From contig NZ_CP189974.1 of assembly GCF_051549785.1 (NCBI RefSeq), forward strand, positions 34,093 to 98,092: 64,000 nucleotides of DNA, given 5' to 3'. Position numbers and translations under genes: made by a program. Below are positions 57,308 to 64,000 of the stretch, piece by piece (position 1 is the stretch's first letter; each line of letters starts with the position of its first letter). This stretch comes from Candidatus Caldatribacterium sp. SIUC1 (GTDB lineage Bacteria; Atribacterota; Atribacteria; Atribacterales; Caldatribacteriaceae). Below the pieces are notes generated by a model. The model was not told where the DNA came from. It ran no database searches and saw only the letters and a program-made list of their open reading frames with translations.

Positions 57308-57715
57308 TTAGCCCTGTTCCTTCTTTTTCTTCAGCGCATCTTTAAAGTAGAAATCAGGCCCTGAGGGCTTTTTCTTCTCTCCGCTCTGGACGAGCTGGGC
57401 AACTTTCCGGCGGCACTCCTCACAGAGACGCCCCGTAAGGATAGGCTTGCCACACCGCTCGCAGAAAAGCTCAAGGACAGGCTGCGCCTCAGACGCAACC
57501 TGCAACCGTCCCTCTTTCACGAACTCCAGAATCACCTTTCTCTCTACGCCAGTGGCCTCGCTGACCTCTTCAAGCCGTGCCTTGGGATGCCGGCGGAAGA
57601 ACTCCTTCACCTTCTGGAATTCCTCTTCCTCTTTGGCCAGACACGCCGGGCAGAGGTCTCGCTCGATGACCTTCTGGAAAATCGCCCCACACCGCTTACA
57701 CTTCGCCAGGGTCAC
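57308..57715 (-). CDS. flagellar operon zinc-ribbon protein (TIGR03826 / YvyF-like)
   Basis: 135 aa. CxxC...CxxC pairs (CKRCGAIF...CPAC; CERCGKPI..CEEC). Position upstream of flgM as in Bacillus. Confidence 0.7.
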   Translation of the reverse strand: MTLAKCKRCGAIFQKVIERDLCPACLAKEEEEFQKVKEFFRRHPKARLEEVSEATGVERKVILEFVKEGRLQVASEAQPVLELFCERCGKPILTGRLCEECRRKVAQLVQSGEKKKPSGPDFYFKDALKKKKEQG

Positions 57716-57932
57716 GGAACTTCCCCTCTTTCACGAGACGCTCGAAAAGGAACTTCCCCAGACCTACCCCTCCTTGGGCACTCGCCCTTTTGGCTACCTC
57801 CTCGACCCAGAGCTCCCGAAACCACAGCTCCTCCCGGCTTGAGAGCGAAGAAGAGAACACCGGCACAAACGCCCGTCTGAACACAAACCCCAGGAAGAAG
57901 GCCTCGAAATCACTGCAGGCCTTTTGCATCAT
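57696..57932 (-). CDS. rod-binding protein (FlgJ N-terminal domain-like)
   Basis: Starting at MMQKACSDFEAFFLGFVFRRAF..; the ..ACxEFEAxFL..GGxGLGxxLxxxL pattern matches the Rod_binding domain. Confidence 0.6.
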   Translation of the reverse strand: MMQKACSDFEAFFLGFVFRRAFVPVFSSSLSSREELWFRELWVEEVAKRASAQGGVGLGKFLFERLVKEGKFRDPGEV

Positions 57933-57999
57933 TTTCAACGATTTTTCCTCTCCTGTCAAATACCCTGAGCACTTCCCCTCAATGCGCATACACCATCCC

Positions 58000-59112
58000 T
58001 CACTGAATCACGAGTTCTCCCTGCAGCGCCCCTGCCTCTTTCAGAGCCTGGAGAATGGCGATGAGGTCTCTTGGGCTCACGCCTAAAGCGTTGAGCACCC
58101 GTACAAGGTCATCGATGGTATTGCCTGACTCCACCCGGAAAAGACGGGCTTCCTGCTCCTCCACCTGAACCTGTGTCTCCGGTACCACCACGGTTTCCCC
58201 CGGCGAGAACGGCGGGGGCTGGGACACCTCGTACTGGGTTCTGATGGTCACGGTGAGATTCCCGTGAGCCAAAGCCACGGGGAGAATCCTCACGTTCCCC
58301 CCGATGACGATGGTCCCAGTGCGTTCGTTCACCACCACCCGGGCCGGCGCGTCAGGCATCACCGGAATTTCCCCCAGAAACGCCACAAGCTGGGACACCT
58401 GGTCCCGGTAGCGCTCGGGGATGCGCACCTCCACCCGGTTTGCATCTAAAACCCGGGCTGCATCGCCTCCAAGCTCCACATTGATGGCCTGAGCGATGCG
58501 GGAGGCGGTGACAAAATCGGGGTTTCGGAGAAGGAGGGTGAGGGTTCCCCGGGCAGCGTCGAAGAAATTCGTCTCCACCGTCCGTTCCACAATGGCCCCG
58601 CCGGGAATCCGGCCCACCGTGGGGTGGTTCCTCTGCACCTGGTTTCCCCCTCCTCCACCAACGTTGAACCCTCCGATGGAAACCGGCCCCTGGGCCACCG
58701 CGTACACCTTTCCGTCCACCCCTTTGAGCGGGGTGAGGAGCAGCACCCCTCCCTGGAGGCTTTTAGCGTCCCCCAAAGAAGAAACGGTGCAGTCGATGCG
58801 CTCCCCGTTCCGGACAAAGGGAGGAAGCTCTGCGGTCACAAGAACTGAAGCGACGTTTCGGGAACGCACAAGCTGTGAGTCAACAGGGATACCGAACTTC
58901 GCCAGGACGTTCGCCAGGGCCTGGTTGGTGAAGAGGGTGCTCTGGCTGTCTCCGGTGCCCGAGAGCCCCACAACCAGCCCGTACCCCACGAGTTGATTCC
59001 CCCGCACACCCTCGATGTCGGTGATATCCTTAATCCGCACCACCTCTGCCCGAAGGGGCAACGCCAGAAGAACGCAGAAGACGCTGATGAGAACTCCAAA
59101 AAGCCGCCTCAT
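58000..59112 (-). CDS. flgI: flagellar P-ring protein
   Basis: Probable ATG at 59112 gives MRRLFGVLISVFCVLLALPLRAEVVRIKDITDIEGVRGNQLVGYGLVVGLSGTGD, the FlgI signature. Confidence 0.88.
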   Translation of the reverse strand: MRRLFGVLISVFCVLLALPLRAEVVRIKDITDIEGVRGNQLVGYGLVVGLSGTGDSQSTLFTNQALANVLAKFGIPVDSQLVRSRNVASVLVTAELPPFVRNGERIDCTVSSLGDAKSLQGGVLLLTPLKGVDGKVYAVAQGPVSIGGFNVGGGGGNQVQRNHPTVGRIPGGAIVERTVETNFFDAARGTLTLLLRNPDFVTASRIAQAINVELGGDAARVLDANRVEVRIPERYRDQVSQLVAFLGEIPVMPDAPARVVVNERTGTIVIGGNVRILPVALAHGNLTVTIRTQYEVSQPPPFSPGETVVVPETQVQVEEQEARLFRVESGNTIDDLVRVLNALGVSPRDLIAILQALKEAGALQGELVIQ

Positions 59113-59122
59113 CTTCTCCCCT

Positions 59123-59716
59123 CTAAAAGAGCACGTCAAGAATGGAACCGAAAAGTCCCTGGAGCACCCCCAAAAGGCCACTCTGTTTTTTGGGCTTGAG
59201 CGTTCCTTCAAGACGAATCACCACGTCCATCACCTGGGTGGAAGAAATGGTGTTCTGTGGCGAGAGCAGACGGGGATCGATGGTTCCCTCAATACTCAGG
59301 GTTTCCCGCTCTTTATTGAGGAAGATTTCCTTTTTGCCCGCAATGCGGAGGTGACCGTTCTCGAGAACCTCGACAACCCGGCAGGCGATGACACCACTTA
59401 AGGTGACACCCCGGCTATACGAACGCTTCCCTGTTTGAGAACTCTTGTGGTTGAGCTGCGCCGGGGGAAGAAAATCAAAGATGCCCTGGCCTGCTTGAAG
59501 CCCAACCTGCGTCTCGTTGCTGCCCTGGGATGAAGCTGTAGCCGTTCCCTTGGTCTGTTCTTCAAGGATCACCGTGACCACATCTCCGACGTCCCTGGCC
59601 CGTTCCGCCACGTAAGGTTCCGAGAACCACCCATCGTCCCGCCAGAGGGACTCCCCGAAGGCCACACCTCCGAAAAGAAGGGAAAGACCAACAAGACAAC
59701 CGAAAAGCCACCTCAC
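59123..59716 (-). CDS. flgH: flagellar L-ring lipoprotein
   Basis: 197 aa. Signal/lipobox, ..VGDVVTVILEE.. FlgH family. GTG start in GTGA overlap with the flgA stop. Confidence 0.85.
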   Translation of the reverse strand: MRWLFGCLVGLSLLFGGVAFGESLWRDDGWFSEPYVAERARDVGDVVTVILEEQTKGTATASSQGSNETQVGLQAGQGIFDFLPPAQLNHKSSQTGKRSYSRGVTLSGVIACRVVEVLENGHLRIAGKKEIFLNKERETLSIEGTIDPRLLSPQNTISSTQVMDVVIRLEGTLKPKKQSGLLGVLQGLFGSILDVLF

Positions 59717-60660
59717 TGGACCACCACCCGCACAGTCCGCTCATCAACAACGATGCCCTCCACCCTCTTCCGGGAGGAGGTGTTCTCAACAACAATGCGA
59801 TCTCCTAAGGTCCCTTCCCCCCGGGCCTTCCCTGTGGTCGTCACCACAATGCCCCCGTACTCTGCCACCATGGTCACAAGGTCCCCTCGCTTAATAAGGA
59901 CGTCCTTCCCCAAAGCGGTGGGCACAACAGGATCCCCGGCTCTGATGGTCTTCCGCACCGGTTTCCCCAGAACCTCTTCAAGGGCGGTGCAGGCCTTCTC
60001 AGTTGCAAAAGACACCGGCTCAACACTCACGGCAACGTCCTCCGGGCCAATGGTCGCGCGAGCGGTTAGGTCTTTCCTGGCCCGAACCACAGGACGGTAG
60101 ATCGAAAGAGCGAATCGCACCGTTTTCCTCTGCGTCCCATCCTCTGCAACAATATCCGCCCCCTGTACCCCCCAGGGTTTCAGGGTCTCTGGGAGCACCA
60201 CCGTAAACTCTGGGGTGGGGAGGGTAATCCCGGACTCCTCAAGGAGGGTTACCTCAATTCGCTCGGCTTCAGGGAAACGTTCCTGTAAAGCCTTGCGAAT
60301 CTCATCCTCAAGGGTTTCCCGGACTACCGGCACTCCTCCTCGCCGCACCCGGGAGACACTGGCCCCGGAGAAGTAGATGTAGTCAAGACCCGGAACCCCC
60401 TGCCTTACCACCCGGGCGTAGATTTCCTGGGGCGAAATCACCCGCTCTCCCTGAGAAGGCAAAGCCCCAAGGCTCAAGCCCCGCAGAACCTTCTCCCACC
60501 GGGGATCAGGATACAAGACCTCGGCGATATCCCCGAGTGTGAGGGTCTCCTGAAAGACCACGACCTCCTCCCTGAGGCGCACCTCAAGGGTCAGCGCAAA
60601 GGCCAAAGACACCGCGCTTAAAAGGCCAAAAAGCACAAAAACCCCCACCCACAGCCGCAA
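59713..60660 (-). CDS. flgA: flagellar basal-body P-ring formation protein FlgA
   Basis: 315 aa. TTG start (RBS AGAGGTGAGG). Signal peptide. C-terminal SAF-like ..IRAGDPV..LIKRGDLVTMVAEYGGIVVTTTGKA.. Confidence 0.75.
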   Translation of the reverse strand: MRLWVGVFVLFGLLSAVSLAFALTLEVRLREEVVVFQETLTLGDIAEVLYPDPRWEKVLRGLSLGALPSQGERVISPQEIYARVVRQGVPGLDYIYFSGASVSRVRRGGVPVVRETLEDEIRKALQERFPEAERIEVTLLEESGITLPTPEFTVVLPETLKPWGVQGADIVAEDGTQRKTVRFALSIYRPVVRARKDLTARATIGPEDVAVSVEPVSFATEKACTALEEVLGKPVRKTIRAGDPVVPTALGKDVLIKRGDLVTMVAEYGGIVVTTTGKARGEGTLGDRIVVENTSSRKRVEGIVVDERTVRVVVQ

Positions 60661-60666
60661 ACGGCC

Positions 60667-61455
60667 TCACCTCTTCATATTGTTGGTGATGCTCATCATC
60701 TCGTCGGCCGTGGTGACCGCTTTGGCGTTGATCTCGTAAGCTCTCTGGGCAGAAATCATCCGGACCATCTCCTCCACAATCTGGACGTTGGAGGTCTCGA
60801 GAAACCCCTGGGCCAGCGTCCCGAAACCCCCAAGTCCTGGGGTTCCCACCTGGGGATCGCCTGAAGCTGCTGTGGCCACGTAGAGGTTCCTTCCAATACT
60901 CAGGAGTCCTGCGGGGTTCACAAAACGGACCAGTTCAATCACTCCGACTTCCTGAGGTTCCGTCTCCCCGGGCATCTTCACCGTAACCGTCCCGTCCTGG
61001 GCGATGGTGATGGACTCAGCTTCCTGAGGAATGGTGATGGGAGGCTCAAGAGGGAATCCATCGCTTGTGACCATCCTTCCCTGGGCATCGAGCTTAAAGG
61101 ACCCGTCTCTCGTGTAGGCCACCGTTCCGTCAGGGAGAAGGACCTGGAAGAACCCATCCCCCTCGATCACGAGATCCAGCGGATTCCCAGTTTCGTAGAC
61201 ATCACCCTGGGAGAAAATCTTCTGAATGGCCGCCGGGCGTACCCCAAGACCCACCTCAATGCCCGAAGGAACCTGGGTCTCGGGAGAGGTGGGGGTTCCC
61301 TTGAAGCGGATAACCTGGTACATGAGGTCCTGGAAGTCCACCCGGCTCTTCTTGAACCCCGTGGTGTTGACGTTGGCGAGGTTGTTGGCAATCACATCGA
61401 GGTCGAGTTGCTTGGCCTGCATCCCCGTGGCCGCCGTCCATAGCGCTCGAATCAT
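60667..61455 (-). CDS. flgG: flagellar basal-body rod protein FlgG
   Basis: Probable ATG at 61455: [36 protein letters not shown].. The C-terminus ..[23 protein letters not shown] is canonical. Confidence 0.88.
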   Translation of the reverse strand: MIRALWTAATGMQAKQLDLDVIANNLANVNTTGFKKSRVDFQDLMYQVIRFKGTPTSPETQVPSGIEVGLGVRPAAIQKIFSQGDVYETGNPLDLVIEGDGFFQVLLPDGTVAYTRDGSFKLDAQGRMVTSDGFPLEPPITIPQEAESITIAQDGTVTVKMPGETEPQEVGVIELVRFVNPAGLLSIGRNLYVATAASGDPQVGTPGLGGFGTLAQGFLETSNVQIVEEMVRMISAQRAYEINAKAVTTADEMMSITNNMKR

Positions 61456-61468
61456 CGCTCTCCTCCTC

Positions 61469-62224
61469 CTATCCCAGACGAGGGATGTCATTTACCGCCT
61501 TCCCCAGCGTTTCATCCTGGGCCACTACAGCCCGCTGGGTGAGCTCGTACTCTCTGAGGGCTTCAATCATCCGCACCATGGCCTCCACAATCTCCACATT
61601 GGACCGTTCCAGAAATCCCTGCCGGATGGTATACCGCTGGGCCACCTCGGGCACCACTCCTCTTGGCACCCGAAAGAGGTTCTCACCCTGTTTCTCCAGA
61701 AGGCCAGGATCAGCGAACCGCACAATCCGGAGTTTCCCTACCACCTCTTCCCCCACCCGGATATTGCCCTCTTCATCCACCACCACCTCTCCCTGCGGGG
61801 GAAGCACGAGGTCGCCCCCCTCTCCCTGGACAGGATACCCCCCTGGAGTCACAAGCCTTCCATCGGCACTCCGCAGGAAATTCCCTGCCCGGGTGTACGC
61901 TTCGCCTTCCCCGGTCATCACCACGAAAAACCCTTCACCCTCGATGGCGAGATCCAGGGGGTTCCCCGTCATCTCCAACCTGCCCTGGGAAAAATCGGTG
62001 GTGAACTCCACCTGGGGCTGCACAGCAAGGGGGAGTTCCCCCACAAAAGCGGGATGTTCTCCAGAAACAAAGCGGAAAAGCTCCGCTACCTCTCCTCCCT
62101 CAATGGAGAAGACGTCCTTTTTAAAGCCCGGGGTGTCGATATTGGCAATGTTGTTGGCGAGGATAGCCTGCTTGATTTCGTGGAGATTGAGCCCCGAAAG
62201 GGCAGTGTAGATTCCCCGGATCAC
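61469..62224 (-). CDS. flgF: flagellar basal-body rod protein FlgF
   Basis: N-terminus (V/M)[35 protein letters not shown]. The start is probably GTG at 62224. Confidence 0.8.
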   Translation of the reverse strand: MIRGIYTALSGLNLHEIKQAILANNIANIDTPGFKKDVFSIEGGEVAELFRFVSGEHPAFVGELPLAVQPQVEFTTDFSQGRLEMTGNPLDLAIEGEGFFVVMTGEGEAYTRAGNFLRSADGRLVTPGGYPVQGEGGDLVLPPQGEVVVDEEGNIRVGEEVVGKLRIVRFADPGLLEKQGENLFRVPRGVVPEVAQRYTIRQGFLERSNVEIVEAMVRMIEALREYELTQRAVVAQDETLGKAVNDIPRLG

Positions 62225-62276
62225 GCTATCACCTCCCGCAGGGGAGGTGATAAAGAAACATGCCAAAAAGAAGAGG

Positions 62277-63050
62277 TTACGGATGGGAATTTCTGAGGAA
62301 AACCCGAAGGAAGTTCTCCCAAAGACACGCCTTCAGGTCCTCGGGGTTTTCCCCCAAAAGAGCGGCGAAAAAGCCCGCCGTCTCCACGAGGAATGCCGGC
62401 TCGTTTCTTGCACCCCGCTTTGGCTGAGGCGCAAGATAAGGCGCATCGGTTTCGAGGAAAAGACGCTCAGGAGGAACCGTCCGCGCCATCTCCCGGAGAC
62501 GAAACGCCTTCGGATAGGTCACCACACCGCCAAAAGATACGTACCACCCCCGGGAGAGAACACGCCTGAGGAGTTCCGAATCCCCCGAAAAGCAGTGCCA
62601 CACCACAGGGACGTTTCTGGCTTTTTCTGCGAGAATCCGGAAGACGTCCTCCTCTGCATTCCGGGAGTGCACCACAAGGGGAAGGCTGTACCGTTCAGCG
62701 AGTTCAACCTGAGCAGCAAAAACGGCCTTTTGCTCTTTTTTGTAGGTTGTGTCCCAGAAGTAATCGAGGCCAACCTCCCCCACCGCGAGGATGCTTTCCT
62801 CTTTGAGGAGGTCCTCAAGCGGTGAAAGGTCGACCTCCCCCTTCACCTCTTGAGGGTGTACCCCCACACATCCGTAGACCCCGGGATAGAGCCGGACGAG
62901 TTCCACGACCTTTTCCGAAGACTCAAGAGAGGTCCCAGCGGTGACAACGTGCGCCACTCCCACCTTCCGGGCACGGGACAGCACCTCGGGGAGATCCTCC
63001 CGGAAGGCCTTGTCGTCAAGGTGGGCGTGAATGTCGACCCAAAAGGTCAT
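62277..63050 (-). CDS. tatD: TatD-family metal-dependent hydrolase (DNase)
   Basis: 257 aa. N-terminus MTFWVDIHAHLDDKAF. ..HCFSGD.. ..ETDAPYL.. motifs. Confidence 0.88.
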   Translation of the reverse strand: MTFWVDIHAHLDDKAFREDLPEVLSRARKVGVAHVVTAGTSLESSEKVVELVRLYPGVYGCVGVHPQEVKGEVDLSPLEDLLKEESILAVGEVGLDYFWDTTYKKEQKAVFAAQVELAERYSLPLVVHSRNAEEDVFRILAEKARNVPVVWHCFSGDSELLRRVLSRGWYVSFGGVVTYPKAFRLREMARTVPPERLFLETDAPYLAPQPKRGARNEPAFLVETAGFFAALLGENPEDLKACLWENFLRVFLRNSHP

Positions 63051-63382
63051 CGCACTCTGCTTCCCGGAGCGATGTCTCGATCAACGGTGACGAGGCTCAC
63101 CTTCCCCTGCCCGTCATCGGCGGCAAGGAGCATTCCCTGGGATTTGATCCCCCGGATGACCGCGGGTTCGAGGTTGGCGACCACCACAACCTTTTTCCCC
63201 ACCATCTCCTCCACCGAATAGTACGGAGCCAGTCCGGCAACCAGGGTCCGTTCCTCCGTTCCCAGGTTCACCCGGAGCACCATAAGGGCCCGGGTTCCCT
63301 CCACCCGCTCGGCGCTCACCACTTCCCCAACCCGAAGGTCGATTTTCTGGAAATCTTCAAGGTGGATTTCCTGAGATTGCAT
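63047..63382 (-). CDS. stand-alone tRNA-binding domain protein (Trbp111/CsaA/MetRS C-terminal domain-like)
   Basis: 111 aa. MQSQEIHLEDFQKIDLRVGEVVSAERVEGT..LVAGLAPYY.. is an OB-fold tRNA-binding domain. Own RBS GAGGAGG 9 nt upstream of the ATG. Separated from metG by TGA and a frame change. Confidence 0.7.
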   Translation of the reverse strand: MQSQEIHLEDFQKIDLRVGEVVSAERVEGTRALMVLRVNLGTEERTLVAGLAPYYSVEEMVGKKVVVVANLEPAVIRGIKSQGMLLAADDGQGKVSLVTVDRDIAPGSRVR

Positions 63383-63398
63383 TCCGTTCAACCTCCTC

Positions 63399-64000
63399 TC
63401 ATCCCTGCAGGCGAGGAAACAGGGGCTCAGGCTGAGCCACAGAGAACACCGATGGACCCTTCCCCCAATCGCACAGCGCCAGAGGATTGCAATCCTCCAG
63501 AATTTCCTCCACCCCCAGGTACTGCAAAAGCCTCGTTGCAGTCTCCGGCATGAAGGGGAACACAAACACCCCGAGTATCCTTCCGCAATCAAGGAGTCTA
63601 TATAGCACCCGGTCGAGTTCCTCCCCAAGACCCGGATCCTTTGCCATCCGCCAGGGGGCCCTCTGGTCGAGGTAACGGTTGCCGAAGTGCACAAGACGCC
63701 AGACCTCTCCAAGGGCCTGGGAGAAGGCAAAACGGTCCATAAAGGCGAAGAACCGTTCTCGAACCTCCTGAAGGAGCTCTTCCCACTCCCGGTCTTCATA
63801 CCGGGAAGGTTTCGCCACCCGGCCACTCCGGTACTTCCAGACCATGTTCAGCGTCCGGTGGATGAGGTTTCCGAAGTTATCCGAAAGATCAGCATTGCTC
63901 CGCTCCACAAATGCCCGCTCCGAAAAATCCCCATCCAGCCCAAAGCTCACCTCCCGCATGAGGAAGTACCGGAAGCGATCCACACCAAATCGGGCAATAA
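63399..64000 (-). CDS. metG: methionyl-tRNA synthetase, 3' part (anticodon-binding domain). Gene continues beyond the window
   Basis: ..DRFRYFLMREVSFGLDGDFS.. ..NLIHRTLNMV.. ..QALGEVWRLV..RYLD..APW.. MetRS anticodon-binding helices. Confidence 0.85.
   Translation of the reverse strand, partial: IARFGVDRFRYFLMREVSFGLDGDFSERAFVERSNADLSDNFGNLIHRTLNMVWKYRSGRVAKPSRYEDREWEELLQEVRERFFAFMDRFAFSQALGEVWRLVHFGNRYLDQRAPWRMAKDPGLGEELDRVLYRLLDCGRILGVFVFPFMPETATRLLQYLGVEEILEDCNPLALCDWGKGPSVFSVAQPEPLFPRLQG

Noticed and set aside
61226-62296. 356-aa plus-strand ORF antisense to flgG/flgF
   Set aside because: Antisense to canonical flagellar rod genes. His/Pro/Gly-rich shadow frame.
63382-63401. Single frameshifted metG instead of two genes
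   Set aside because: The downstream tRNA-binding ORF has its own RBS (GAGGAGG) and ATG immediately after an in-frame TGA. This favours a genuine split arrangement, though read-level confirmation is needed.
1-64000. CRISPR arrays, tRNA/rRNA genes, IS elements, integrases, prophage blocks
   Set aside because: No direct-repeat arrays, no tRNA T-arm/acceptor signatures, no transposase/integrase-like ORFs and no clustered phage structural genes were seen. Only the isolated holin-like pair at 13375-14216 was noted.

Overview
This 64 kb window is a high-GC (roughly 58-60%) bacterial chromosomal segment, almost entirely protein-coding, with long co-directional gene runs. Most genes lie on the minus strand. 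The organism looks like a thermophile-style diderm: it carries LPS transport genes (lptFG-B-A-C) and flagellar L/P-ring genes (flgH, flgI). It also carries Firmicutes-type genes (veg, csaB, yvyF-flgM-flgN-flgK-flgL-fliW-csrA, secA-prfB linkage). Reading 5'->3' on the plus strand, the main contents are:
- 1-7453 (+): ilvD(partial)-ilvB-ilvN-ilvC-leuA-leuC-leuD branched-chain amino acid operon.
- 7457-10073 (-): UPF0210/ACT pair, nfi, veg.
- 10713-11798 (+): serC. 11813-13354 (-): an FGGY kinase. 13375-14216 (+): a coupled hypothetical plus single-TM pair.
- 14220-21062 (-): gltX, thioesterase, YibQ, ctpA, envC-like, ftsX, ftsE.
- 21075-26825 (-): cell-wall glycan genes (wecB/tagA-like, csaB, DUF5693), then a biotin-dependent carboxyltransferase cluster.
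- 26879-31491 (-): a P-loop-Asp23 fusion protein, prfB with its programmed +1 frameshift, secA.
- 31607-33220 (-): Rrf2 regulator - encapsulated ferritin (EncFtn, with C-terminal targeting peptide) - family-1 encapsulin shell operon. This is the most notable system in the window.
- 33267-36196 (-): RlmI-like methyltransferase, bacteriohemerythrin, tandem HD/HD-GYP protein. A ~1 kb non-coding region (36197-37212) follows.
- 37213-41733 (+): acyl-CoA ligase, SYLF protein, small membrane protein, two 2-hydroxyacyl-CoA-dehydratase-like subunits.
- 41730-42786 (-): a disrupted REC-PAS-HD-GYP pseudogene. 42926-43720 (-): bioB with a candidate BirA operator.
- 44053-48186 (+): icd, B12-radical-SAM, FAH, AEC transporter.
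- 48118-53135 (-): DUF3084 protein, lptFG-lptB-lptA-lptC, TlpA-rhodanese fusion.
- 53150-62224 (-): flagellar block csrA-fliW-flgL-flgK-flgN-flgM-yvyF-like-flgJ(N)-flgI-flgH-flgA-flgG-flgF.
- 62277-64000 (-): tatD, a stand-alone Trbp111-like tRNA-binding protein, and the 3' end of metG.

No CRISPR arrays, tRNA/rRNA genes, transposases or integrases were seen. Many gene junctions are GTGA/ATGA overlaps and many genes use GTG/TTG starts. Two non-coding stretches (10074-10712 and 36197-37212) are candidates for unrecognised RNAs.
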